Notes: a model not told the origin generated them from the letters alone. DNA of 64,000 bases from Escherichia coli (GCF_048403405.1 NZ_CP183131.1); one strand, 5' to 3'; shown: positions 38,886-47,493, counted from the first letter of the stretch. A program made the numbers and translations.

Positions 38886-40682
38886 TTAAGCTGCAAAAGC
38901 AGTCAATGACCGCTCCATCAACTTAAACAGTGTGCGTTGCAGAGCTGCCGCATCATCAATGACAATGTTCTTTTGGAACAGTCCTGACACTGCGGTAGTC
39001 TCTACCCCTATGCCGATCACCTCAACATCGCTTCGTTCACAGAGGTCAATCACTGAGCGACATGCCGGGGCGCTTTGAGGCTGCCCGTCAGTCACTACGA
39101 TCAACATTTTTCGCTCTTCACGGGTCTTGGTGAGTTCAAAAGCTGCATACCACATAGCTTCCGCCATAGGCGTACCGCCAGTTGCTTTGAACCCAAACCG
39201 ACCGGCCCGATTCTGAACCGTATCTCCATGCTTCACGACACTGAACACTGGCTGGTTCCGGTTGCCACCAAAAAAGGTGACTGCCGGGTTTACGCCGGGT
39301 ATTGCTTCCAGAGCCATCGAAATAGCCAAGGACGCTTCCCGCGCAATGTCTTGACGCTCCTTTCCATTGGCGGCCTTGTAGGCCATCGAGGAGCTCATAT
39401 CAACCAGGATGTGAACCGCCGTATTAGGGCGTTTCTTGGCTTCCGGCTTGAGGAATACGCGGGTATCACCCGTCACTACACGATGTAGTTTCCGAGCATC
39501 CACACGCTTCCCTGATCGTTGGTTACGGTGAGCAACTCGCTGGCTGGCCTGGACCAATCCGTAGAGCTGCGTTCTTATCTTTGAAGTGGTGCTCTTCACA
39601 TCCCCTACCAGGCTTTTGCCAACAGCAGGGTTGTCCTGGGTGTTCACAGCAGAGCGAACAGTCATATAGCTACTGTCCCCCTTATCTTGAGCCACCCGGT
39701 TGAGCTCGGCTTTAAGTGCATCATGCGCGTCACCACGCAAATCACCGGCACCGGCATTCAGAACCTGCTGGAGCATTTTGGCCGCGTCTTGTTTCGCCGC
39801 GTCAGAATTGCCACCAGCCTGGCTTTGTCCTGCCTTGCTGCCACCATCAGTATCCGACTTGCCTTGGTCGCCCTGTCCTTTCGGATCAGATTTCCCGTTA
39901 GCATCGTCTTGCTTCTGGTCTTTACCTTGCTGATCACCACCATTGGCATCAGGCCCTTGGTTTTGATCGTTACCACTTCCGCCCTGACTGTTCTGAGGTT
40001 GGTTGCCACCAGCATTCTGCTGGTTGTTACCATCCTGACCATTCAGGGGCTTTTGCTCTTCTTTCTCCTTTTCCTCCTCGATCATCTTGATGATTTGGTC
40101 GGCCAAGGATGTCACCTCTGCGGTTGACTTAGTGTTCACAGCCTTACGCAGTAAAGCGTTCAGCCGAACAACAACACCCTGAGGGAACACGCGCTCGAAT
40201 ACGGGGGTAGCCGAATCGAGATAGGGTTGAAGGACGGATTGCCCTACAGCCTTGGTTTGCAACCAGTACAAACAAAACCCTGTCAGAATGGAGGCAGGGG
40301 CCTCTTTGTCTGTGACGTGCTCGTAATGACCAGCTTGAGCCATATAGCGAGCAACCTCATTCAGGGTCTGCGACGTACCGGGGAAGAGTTCCATCATGGC
40401 CCGTTCTATGCGGCAGTCCTCCAAAACGTTGGACAACTCAGCATGAAGACCTCTGCGGCGCTCAACACCAAAGTCCGTAAACCGGACATGGGCTGCTTCA
40501 TGGGCCAAATACCCCCAGACAGCATCCATGTGAGGATAGTCGTCGGGGATATTCGGAACCACGATGGTCTTACCATCGGTGTATGCGTCATCGTTACCGA
40601 TGGCGACTTTGACACCGAGTTTTTCACCATAGGCTGCGGCCACGATTGGTAGAGCGCTGTAAATGGTGCGTTTTTTGGACAT
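38886..40682 (-). CDS. CobT-like protein: N-terminal HExxH zincin-like region, Q/N/G/D-rich linker, C-terminal VWA domain
   Basis: AHEAAHV motif. MIDAS VDMSSSM. About 100 aa of low-complexity linker. Confidence 0.8.
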   Translation of the reverse strand: MSKKRTIYSALPIVAAAYGEKLGVKVAIGNDDAYTDGKTIVVPNIPDDYPHMDAVWGYLAHEAAHVRFTDFGVERRRGLHAELSNVLEDCRIERAMMELFPGTSQTLNEVARYMAQAGHYEHVTDKEAPASILTGFCLYWLQTKAVGQSVLQPYLDSATPVFERVFPQGVVVRLNALLRKAVNTKSTAEVTSLADQIIKMIEEEKEKEEQKPLNGQDGNNQQNAGGNQPQNSQGGSGNDQNQGPDANGGDQQGKDQKQDDANGKSDPKGQGDQGKSDTDGGSKAGQSQAGGNSDAAKQDAAKMLQQVLNAGAGDLRGDAHDALKAELNRVAQDKGDSSYMTVRSAVNTQDNPAVGKSLVGDVKSTTSKIRTQLYGLVQASQRVAHRNQRSGKRVDARKLHRVVTGDTRVFLKPEAKKRPNTAVHILVDMSSSMAYKAANGKERQDIAREASLAISMALEAIPGVNPAVTFFGGNRNQPVFSVVKHGDTVQNRAGRFGFKATGGTPMAEAMWYAAFELTKTREERKMLIVVTDGQPQSAPACRSVIDLCERSDVEVIGIGVETTAVSGLFQKNIVIDDAAALQRTLFKLMERSLTAFAA

Positions 40683-40766
40683 ATCTTTTCTCCTGGTAGG
40701 GAAGGAGATAGTCCACCCCTGGAGGGAATGGCTATCCCCTCCGGGTCGGTTTAGTTGAAGTGACTA

Positions 40767-42044
40767 TTAGAAGAAATAGTCGCCATCGTCGTCAGTTTTA
40801 GGCAGCTCCTGGTTGAGAGGCTCCTCTGTCGGCTCCTCTTGGACAGGCTCTTGCTCTACCGGAGTTTCCTCAGGCAAAACCGGCTCATCCTCAACATCAA
40901 CGCGCTCTTCTCGAACCACATCACCGGCATTGGATTCATCTTCCGATTCACCCTCGCCTCGTTCTGCAAAACTCTTGAAGAAGTTGTCGATGTCTTCATC
41001 CAGGTCAACAGCGTTACCACCGCTGTTAGTCTGTTCTGATTGAACAGATTCAGTACCACCTACCTGTTGCTGCTTGGTTTCGCCACCCTCTGTTGCAGGG
41101 ATAAGCTCACCGGCTTTATCGCTTTTCTGTTCGGCCTTTTCATCTTTAGAACGGTCCCCCATCTGGGCTCCCGAACCGCCAATGTCATTAGCCATGCCCT
41201 CTACAGTAATCGAGCCATTGGCATACTGCTCGATGCGGTCCCTCTCGCTCATGATCAGCACTGCGGCCACGACCTGATAAAAGAAAGGCGCAACGATGTT
41301 TCGGCCATCGGCATGTTGCTCGTATCCCCGGAGGGTTTGGTCGAGCAGCTTGACCAGAGGGTTAAAAGCGCTGTTCAGGAAGCTAAGCCCATCCACCTTG
41401 TCGCGGATGTTACGGAGTGTCTGCCGAGTAGTGACCGCACATTGGTCTCGACCGGCCAAACGTTCCATATAGAACTTATTCGCTTCCTGAACCACTTCGG
41501 AGATGAGATCGTCACCCAAGCGCTCAACCTTGCGGTTAAGGCGTTTGGCGTTGGCCTCATCTTCGTTCACAGGCTGGATCATGAACACCTGGTACTCAAA
41601 GCCAATCCGCTCCTCGACCGTTTCCTTTGGAAGGGCTCCGGCACGGATAGCTCGTTCATACTCAGGGTTCTCCTGACACCATTCATCCACGGCTTTGTTG
41701 TAACCTTTGATGAAATCCTGTTTCAGTTGGTTAAACTGAAAGTTTATGTCATTCAGCTTGTTACAGATTTCATCGGTCTTGCTGACGGGTACGGCAAATC
41801 CGTTCATGAACGGCATACCGAATTTCAGCAGGAGGCGACGAGTTTCTGTTTTCAGGCGATGAAAGCCTTTCAGCTTAGCCGGATCACAGATCTTCTTACT
41901 TCCCAGTTGAGCTACTTTCTCAGGTGGAATTTCACCACCCTCGCCCAGCTTGAGATCAGATGCAGACAAACGGGTTTGTCCACTCCAGATGTCAAAGTCT
42001 ACGTGGATAACACAGAGGCTTTGTAGATGGTTCACTTTAGTCAT
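40767..42044 (-). CDS. hypothetical protein (425 aa) with long acidic tail ending DDDGDYFF
   Basis: Start MTKVNHLQ after GGAGUGCAUC. First cistron of unit C. Confidence 0.7.
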   Translation of the reverse strand: MTKVNHLQSLCVIHVDFDIWSGQTRLSASDLKLGEGGEIPPEKVAQLGSKKICDPAKLKGFHRLKTETRRLLLKFGMPFMNGFAVPVSKTDEICNKLNDINFQFNQLKQDFIKGYNKAVDEWCQENPEYERAIRAGALPKETVEERIGFEYQVFMIQPVNEDEANAKRLNRKVERLGDDLISEVVQEANKFYMERLAGRDQCAVTTRQTLRNIRDKVDGLSFLNSAFNPLVKLLDQTLRGYEQHADGRNIVAPFFYQVVAAVLIMSERDRIEQYANGSITVEGMANDIGGSGAQMGDRSKDEKAEQKSDKAGELIPATEGGETKQQQVGGTESVQSEQTNSGGNAVDLDEDIDNFFKSFAERGEGESEDESNAGDVVREERVDVEDEPVLPEETPVEQEPVQEEPTEEPLNQELPKTDDDGDYFF

Positions 42045-42126
42045 GATGCACTCCAAAAAGTTGGGGGCGCACCACGTCCCGAACCGGGCGGATGCGCCCG
42101 GTTGGGCTAGTAAATTAACGTTAATT

Positions 42127-42185
42127 TGCTGTTTGTTTTTGGCGACCAGCTATCGCACTTTTCGCTCTCCGAAGAGAACAAAATC
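42127..42185 (-). promoter_or_regulatory. P1-P2 leader element, copy C (UUCG tetraloop in P1)
   Basis: Sense GAUUUUGUUCUC-UUCG-GAGAGCGAAAAGUGCGA-UAGCUGG-UCGCCAAAAACAAACAGCA. Confidence 0.65.
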
Positions 42186-42243
42186 TTGCTTTCCGTTGGA
42201 GACTCCCAGAATCCCCAAGGGAAAGCGGGGGAAAATCCCCCAC

Positions 42244-43254
42244 TCACCAGTAGAACGTCTCTACTTCTTCCGGCAAATCATCAAGAGGAGCAAGCACGTC
42301 CTCATCAACAATGTACCGTGGCTTCACAGAGCCAGTAACCGTTACACGGCACCGCTCTGATGACTTCTCTCTGTACTGGTCAACATCCTCAGGCTTCACG
42401 CCTGACGCCTTATCAGCCAACAGCTTTTTGTAGTCTACCCGGCCAGCCGCTTTGTATCTCGTTACCATCACACCGCAGTAGTCGGCATGGAAGTATTCCC
42501 CCATGAGGGACTTCATGGTGTCGAGATGAGGCTTTTGCCTTTCTTGAAGCTCAGACAGTCGCTGTTTCAGCTCCTGAATCTCAGCATCATAGAGGCGGTA
42601 TTCCTCAGCAGCAGCAATCCAACGGTTGACCTCTTCACCTTGCGGTATGTACAGGTCTCTCTCTGGATCTTTGTCGGGCTCCTTCTTGTCTACTACCTGT
42701 TGCCAGAACTTTTTAGCCTCGGCCAAGATTTCTTGAATCATGGCTTCGTCTCGGAGTATTGGAAACTCCTGAATCTGACCTTCAAAGTAGAAGACTAACC
42801 AGCCTTGCTTGGCCCCCGTTACCAGGAGCTGGTGTTGCACCTGCGGGTAATAAAGCTGGTATGCCTTGCTGTTTGCTTTCTCAGCACAAACATCTTCCCA
42901 GACAGTCGCACTCGGGCTTTTCAGCTCGACGGGCTCCCCGTTATCTCTCAGGCCATCCAGGGAGGCCCTCATGAGCGGGTATTGAACCGATTCGACACAG
43001 GCGGGGAGCAGCATGTCATCATACTTCTCCTCGAAAGCGCGTCTTGCAGCATCTTCGTTTTCTATCCCCCGGCGAACCAGCGGATTAAGACTCAGATCGA
43101 CTTCACGCGCATACCCAGTCTTCTCGGCCCACAGTCTCCATCGTGTTTTGTACGGAGACCGATTGAGCAGGATAGCGGCGTCAGTGGCTGTTACACCTTG
43201 ACGCCGCCAATCAAGCCAATCTTCCTCTCGTTGCGATAGGTTGACTATTTTCAT
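42244..43254 (-). CDS. exo: YqaJ/lambda-Exo-type recombination exonuclease
   Basis: N-terminus QREEDWLDWRRQGVTATDAAILL..SPYKT is typical of YqaJ-family nucleases. Adjacent to bet. Confidence 0.85.
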   Translation of the reverse strand: MKIVNLSQREEDWLDWRRQGVTATDAAILLNRSPYKTRWRLWAEKTGYAREVDLSLNPLVRRGIENEDAARRAFEEKYDDMLLPACVESVQYPLMRASLDGLRDNGEPVELKSPSATVWEDVCAEKANSKAYQLYYPQVQHQLLVTGAKQGWLVFYFEGQIQEFPILRDEAMIQEILAEAKKFWQQVVDKKEPDKDPERDLYIPQGEEVNRWIAAAEEYRLYDAEIQELKQRLSELQERQKPHLDTMKSLMGEYFHADYCGVMVTRYKAAGRVDYKKLLADKASGVKPEDVDQYREKSSERCRVTVTGSVKPRYIVDEDVLAPLDDLPEEVETFYW

Positions 43255-43319
43255 GGACCTCTCTCCAATGGTTAGGAGGGAGATCTCCCCCAGCGGGGGA
43301 GTCCCCCCCGTTGGGGTTA
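43255..43319 (-). promoter_or_regulatory. intercistronic RNA switch between bet and exo
   Basis: Sense UAACCCCAACGGGGGGGACUCCCCCGCUGGGGGAGAUCUCCCUCCUAACCAUUGGAGAGAGGUCCAUG. The bet stop is the UAA fused to CCCC. Confidence 0.55.
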
Positions 43320-44306
43320 GTAGTAACTGCCTTCCGCGCCCTCCTCTTCTGTAACAGGGATCATGTCCTCGTCACTCAAAGGCGGCATTTCTTCGGCACC
43401 AGGTTCAGCATTTGCAGAACCACCAGCGGCGGACTCTTGCTCGTGCGCTTCCTGGTAGTCAGGTTTCGGAGGCTCCATTTGATCCATCTCCTTGTCACGA
43501 AGGAATTGAGTCGCATATTGCAGTTCCGAACCTTCATACCGTCCCTTCACATACTCATGCGCCGCAGACCATGCGTTTTCAGCAATGGCGCGATTTGCGA
43601 GTTTGGTTAGGATCGGGTCAAGCTCTTTGTGCTCAATAGCCAAAGGCTCTTGGCTTTGAACTTGAGATGGTGAAGGGAGATTGGCAATAGCCGGGTTAAT
43701 GGCCGATGCCTGCTCCATTTCACGGATGCGTTCAGCTTCATCCTGGTCATAAATACCAGAGAAACCAAATGCGACACGAGAACACTGGATCAGCGACTTG
43801 TGCCGGAGTTGACGCTTGGTGTGCGTTTGCCAGGGGCCATCAACAGTGTAAGCACCATTGCGACCTTGACCCTGAAACGGTTCACGGTACACCTCATCAA
43901 TGAACTCCTTGATGCGGATAGGGCGAGATCTGTCCTTACGGTAAATCACGCATTCAATCCACTCAGGGCAGTCAACTTTCGCCCCCTGCATTCTGACCAT
44001 CTTGTCCGAATACACGAACTCGACGCCATCATACTGGGGATGCTCGTTGATGATGCGGCTCCAACCATCAACACCTACTACCGGAATGATCCCATTTTGC
44101 TTGTCAGGAAACGCATAGATTTCCCGAGTGAAAGGGTTCAAACCGTACTGTTCAGCCACGATCAGGAGCGTCATCATCTGCTCATCGGTCGGGGCACTTC
44201 CATCTCGCTGCTTGAATGCGGTCGCCTTCAAAGTTTCATAGAACTTTCGGGTGTCCACGCCAAACCGGCTTGCGATACGGGTTACAAGAGATTTGTTATC
44301 AGACAT
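43317..44306 (-). CDS. bet: lambda Bet-family single-strand annealing protein
   Basis: LIVAEQYGLNPFTREIYAFPDKQNGIIPVVGVDGWSRIINE is almost identical in pattern to lambda Bet. Confidence 0.92.
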   Translation of the reverse strand: MSDNKSLVTRIASRFGVDTRKFYETLKATAFKQRDGSAPTDEQMMTLLIVAEQYGLNPFTREIYAFPDKQNGIIPVVGVDGWSRIINEHPQYDGVEFVYSDKMVRMQGAKVDCPEWIECVIYRKDRSRPIRIKEFIDEVYREPFQGQGRNGAYTVDGPWQTHTKRQLRHKSLIQCSRVAFGFSGIYDQDEAERIREMEQASAINPAIANLPSPSQVQSQEPLAIEHKELDPILTKLANRAIAENAWSAAHEYVKGRYEGSELQYATQFLRDKEMDQMEPPKPDYQEAHEQESAAGGSANAEPGAEEMPPLSDEDMIPVTEEEGAEGSYY

Positions 44307-44400
44307 GGTGTTTCTCCAATTCACGAATGAACGGTTTGAGGACACCATGACCCCCTCGGGGCATGAGTGCCCCCGTGGGGTTTAGTAAGAGTTGGCGGTG

Positions 44401-44928
44401 TTACCCGCCAGCCAAGTGGTGCAGCCGCATGAACGGGATGTCATCATCCCAGCCATCAGGAGCGGGACCATAGCCTCCGCCCATACCACCTTGCGGTGCT
44501 GATTGCTGCACAGGAGCAGATTGCGTACCGGCTCCTGTACGTTGCCCTTTTTGGGGCGCTGCACGTTGAGAGTTGTCCTGAGGTGCATTTCCACGACCAC
44601 CAAGCATCTGCATTTCAACGCAGTGTACTTCGGTGGTGTAGCGCTCGATTTGTTGGCTGTCAGTCCACTTCCGGGTGCGGTTGCTCCCTTCGAGATAGAC
44701 TTGGGAGCCCTTTTTCAGGTACTCACCAGCGACTTCTGCCAAACGACCTTTAAGCACAATACGGTGCCACTCAGTATGCTCTCTTTGCTCGCCAGACTGC
44801 TTATCGCGCCACGTATCCGTTGTTGCAACGTTGAAGTTGGCAACGGCAGTTCCGCTTGGCATGTAGCGAATTTCCGGGTCAGAACCGAGATTACCGACCA
44901 GAATTACTTTGTTGACGCCTTTAGACAT
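44401..44928 (-). CDS. ssb: single-stranded DNA-binding protein with internal DDDIPF and 9-aa C-terminal extension
   Basis: OB-fold N-terminus [12 protein letters not shown]. Gly/Gln-rich linker. ..[16 protein letters not shown] stop. Confidence 0.9.
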   Translation of the reverse strand: MSKGVNKVILVGNLGSDPEIRYMPSGTAVANFNVATTDTWRDKQSGEQREHTEWHRIVLKGRLAEVAGEYLKKGSQVYLEGSNRTRKWTDSQQIERYTTEVHCVEMQMLGGRGNAPQDNSQRAAPQKGQRTGAGTQSAPVQQSAPQGGMGGGYGPAPDGWDDDIPFMRLHHLAGG

Positions 44929-44994
44929 CATGACCTCCAAGTTATTTGGAGAGGGCCAACGCCCCTTTCGGGGAGCAAGCCCCCGTAAGGGTTA
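44929..44994 (-). promoter_or_regulatory. intercistronic RNA switch upstream of ssb (GAAA loop; CUCCAA/UUGGAG SD hairpin)
   Basis: Sense UAACCCUUACGGGGGCUUGCUCCCCGAAAGGGGCGUUGGCCCUCUCCAAAUAACUUGGAGGUCAUGAUG. Confidence 0.55.
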
Positions 44995-45900
44995 AAAAAA
45001 GTGATCCTCTTGTTCGGCGTCGATCTCTGCCAGGCGAATCAGCTCAGATACAAGGCCAAGCCTTTCTGCATCTGCTCTTACTTCGTCGTAGCTGAAACCA
45101 AACCGTTCAATGAGGGGTTTTAGTGAATCAAAACGCTCGTAGTCGAAGGTATCACCCTGTTCATCACAGAATGCCACCAGCGGCTTCTCTACGTTTGAAA
45201 AGTCATCCGCGAAACGCTGTTGCAGGTAAACCAACATCAGCAGGGGTTTGTGACCATGTTCCGGGCGGAGTTCACCAGCGCCTTCCAGCGTAGCTGGATG
45301 GATAGTGTTTTCGCCTAGTCCAGTGCTAACCCCAAGCTCATAACCGCTGTCAGTACGCATCAGCACACTGGGTAGCAAGTCATTTGAGCCTTCGCTCCGA
45401 GCAACCTCAAAGCCGATTAAACCGGCTCCTTTGGCAAAAACCCCAGCAACAAAACCTTTGAAGAGGTTTATGTCACCTGGAGGTAACTCAGAGGGCGGAG
45501 ATAACAGCCAGTTGAGAGATCCCAAGCTGGCTGTTTGTCCGGCTGAAACATTCCCCCCTTCCAGCACCGTCTGTGTCTCTGCGTTTACCAGCACCTCATC
45601 CAGAAAGGTGTACCCCTGGCTGAGAAACTGTGACACATACTGGCTTTCTTTGTCCTTGTAGGACATTGGGATCGTGTCTGGGCCGTTAGCTTCAAAAGGT
45701 CCTTCGAGCTTTGTCTCAGACCAATTTTCAGCTTTCCCATCAGTGACGGTTCGGCGTAGCTCGACCATCGTGAATTGGCCTGGCTCCGAGGAGCTGGGCT
45801 CCCGGAGCAACTTGTAGCCAATGAAGACTTCTATTGTGGTTTCGTCATTGCCCCACTCTTTAGCAGTGTAACGACGGCACAAACAGTCATTTTTCTTCAT
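44992..45900 (-). CDS. hypothetical protein (302 aa), C-terminus ..AEQEDHFF
   Basis: Lies between the AAA+ gene and ssb. AAGGGG SD. Confidence 0.7.
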   Translation of the reverse strand: MKKNDCLCRRYTAKEWGNDETTIEVFIGYKLLREPSSSEPGQFTMVELRRTVTDGKAENWSETKLEGPFEANGPDTIPMSYKDKESQYVSQFLSQGYTFLDEVLVNAETQTVLEGGNVSAGQTASLGSLNWLLSPPSELPPGDINLFKGFVAGVFAKGAGLIGFEVARSEGSNDLLPSVLMRTDSGYELGVSTGLGENTIHPATLEGAGELRPEHGHKPLLMLVYLQQRFADDFSNVEKPLVAFCDEQGDTFDYERFDSLKPLIERFGFSYDEVRADAERLGLVSELIRLAEIDAEQEDHFF

Positions 45901-45910
45901 GCGTCACCCC

Positions 45911-46879
45911 TTAGCGCCATTGGTCCCCGAACACATCCTTCGCAACACGCAGGATGGCTTCACGCTCCTCTTTGGCCGCACGGATAAGCAGAGCTTGATC
46001 CAGGGCGTATTCAAGAGCATTTGGGGCACCACGGAACGCTAGAGACAGTTTCGCCCAACGCACCAACGTCCGAGTGGACATGGTGACGCTGATCTGACCA
46101 TCTTCACCGTTTTCGCCAAGAAACAGTTTGCGGACCTGATTAGCAATCCGAACCATTCCCTTCCGCACATTTTCCGGAAGTTTCGGAGTAACACGGCCAA
46201 GAATGCTGAGTTCAGCTTCCTCATCCGCATACCCTACTTTGGTGAAACGATAGCGATCCATAGCTGCGAGGTTCTGCATCATCACCCCCTGGTACAAACC
46301 AGAAGCATCACCGGACCCCGTAGAGTTACCAGTAACGACCACACGAAACATCGGGTGCGGCTTGATGATTTCCCCGCCATTCTGAGCGATCACAAGGGGA
46401 CGCCCTTCAAGGACATCGTTGAGACCAGCCAGCTCGGCAGGGTCGGCCAAATCCACCTCGTTGATGAGGAGCAGATGACCTTCACGCATAGCGACTGCCA
46501 GAGGTCCATACATGAACTTCATGACAGGTGGTTGACCAGGCTTTTCCGCGACCAGAGCGTGATGTCCAATCAGATCTGTCAGCTCCATCCGCCCGTGGGC
46601 AGTGATTTGCTGAACAGGCCAGTTGAGACGACCAGCGATCTCGGTGATACCTGAGGTTTTGCCAGACCCGGTAGGGCCGGTTACGAACAATGCGTCACCG
46701 CCAGGCTCTTTGAGATAGGCCAAGACCTCTCGCAGAAACTCTTTGCGGAAAACGTAGTTGGTATCAGTGGCAGGGATGAAAGGGTTTGAACCGTCAGCGT
46801 AGCCGATGGCCGTTACCTTCTCCGGAATGCTGGGCATACCGAAAACCTTGCTTACTGAGAATTGAGAGTATTGAGACAT
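45911..46879 (-). CDS. CobS/MoxR-like AAA+ ATPase
   Basis: Walker A VTGPTGSGKTS and Walker B LLLINEVDLA. Confidence 0.85.
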   Translation of the reverse strand: MSQYSQFSVSKVFGMPSIPEKVTAIGYADGSNPFIPATDTNYVFRKEFLREVLAYLKEPGGDALFVTGPTGSGKTSGITEIAGRLNWPVQQITAHGRMELTDLIGHHALVAEKPGQPPVMKFMYGPLAVAMREGHLLLINEVDLADPAELAGLNDVLEGRPLVIAQNGGEIIKPHPMFRVVVTGNSTGSGDASGLYQGVMMQNLAAMDRYRFTKVGYADEEAELSILGRVTPKLPENVRKGMVRIANQVRKLFLGENGEDGQISVTMSTRTLVRWAKLSLAFRGAPNALEYALDQALLIRAAKEEREAILRVAKDVFGDQWR

Positions 46880-46945
46880 AGGTGCGCTCCTATTGTGACA
46901 GGCGCACCACGTCCCGAACCGGGCGGATGCGCCCGGTTGGGCTAG
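46880..46945 (-). promoter_or_regulatory. leader RNA switch (GGCGCAUC / GGUGCGCC / GCGCACC after SD)
   Basis: Sense AACCGGGCGCAUCCGCCCGGUUCGGGACGUGGUGCGCCUGUCACAAUAGGAGCGCACCUAUG. Confidence 0.6.
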
Positions 46946-46961
46946 TAAATTAACGTTAATT

Positions 46962-47020
46962 TGCTGTTTGTTTTTGGCGACCAGCTATCGCACTTTTCGC
47001 TCTCCGAAGAGAACAAAATC
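46962..47020 (-). promoter_or_regulatory. P1-P2 leader element, copy B (identical to copy C)
   Basis: Part of the 121-bp perfect repeat 46901-47021 = 42066-42186. Confidence 0.65.
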
Positions 47021-47098
47021 TGCTTACTGATGGTATTCACCATGAGTAAGAAGACTTTTAAGGAGCGAGGAGAGTAGCCTCTCCTGGAGGCCACTCCC

Positions 47099-47284
47099 TC
47101 AATGGACGAACATCACCACATCGTCGTTTTGACCAATGACCCCGGTTTCTTTGGCCCACTTCACTGCTTCACTGTGCGCCTGGTAGGAGCTGGAATACAG
47201 TTTCGGATCAAATTTCACCTCGCGTCCATCAGCCAGATAGATGATGCCTGCGTGATCGTCGTAAACATGAAGATTCTGTTGCAT
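47099..47284 (-). CDS. hypothetical protein (61 aa)
   Basis: Start MQQNLHVYDD after GGGGGA. The ORF-track start at 47350 is less likely. Confidence 0.5.
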   Translation of the reverse strand: MQQNLHVYDDHAGIIYLADGREVKFDPKLYSSSYQAHSEAVKWAKETGVIGQNDDVVMFVH

Positions 47285-47400
47285 TCGACATTCCCCCTGT
47301 AGCTTGTCGTCAAAGCCAACTGACACCAGAAGACTTTGAGGACAAGCCACAGAGGCTTGACCAGAAAGAGAGGGGTTGCCCCCTCCCTTTGCGTTGACTA

Positions 47401-47493
47401 TCAGCAGTAACCGAACGATTCAGCGATTCTCACGAAAGGACGAGAGATTGCCCAACCAGTAGGGATACACAAAGCGATGATAGCGATTTCCAT
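47401..47493 (-). CDS. unannotated small hydrophobic protein (30 aa) MEIAIIALCIPTGWAISRPFVRIAESFGYC
   Basis: AGGAGCAACAUC precedes the AUG, directly after a hairpin. Confidence 0.4.
   Translation of the reverse strand: MEIAIIALCIPTGWAISRPFVRIAESFGYC

Noticed and set aside
41040-42026. 328-aa plus-strand ORF
   Set aside because: It is antisense to the SD-preceded 425-aa gene of unit C. It has no start context and no recognisable motif.
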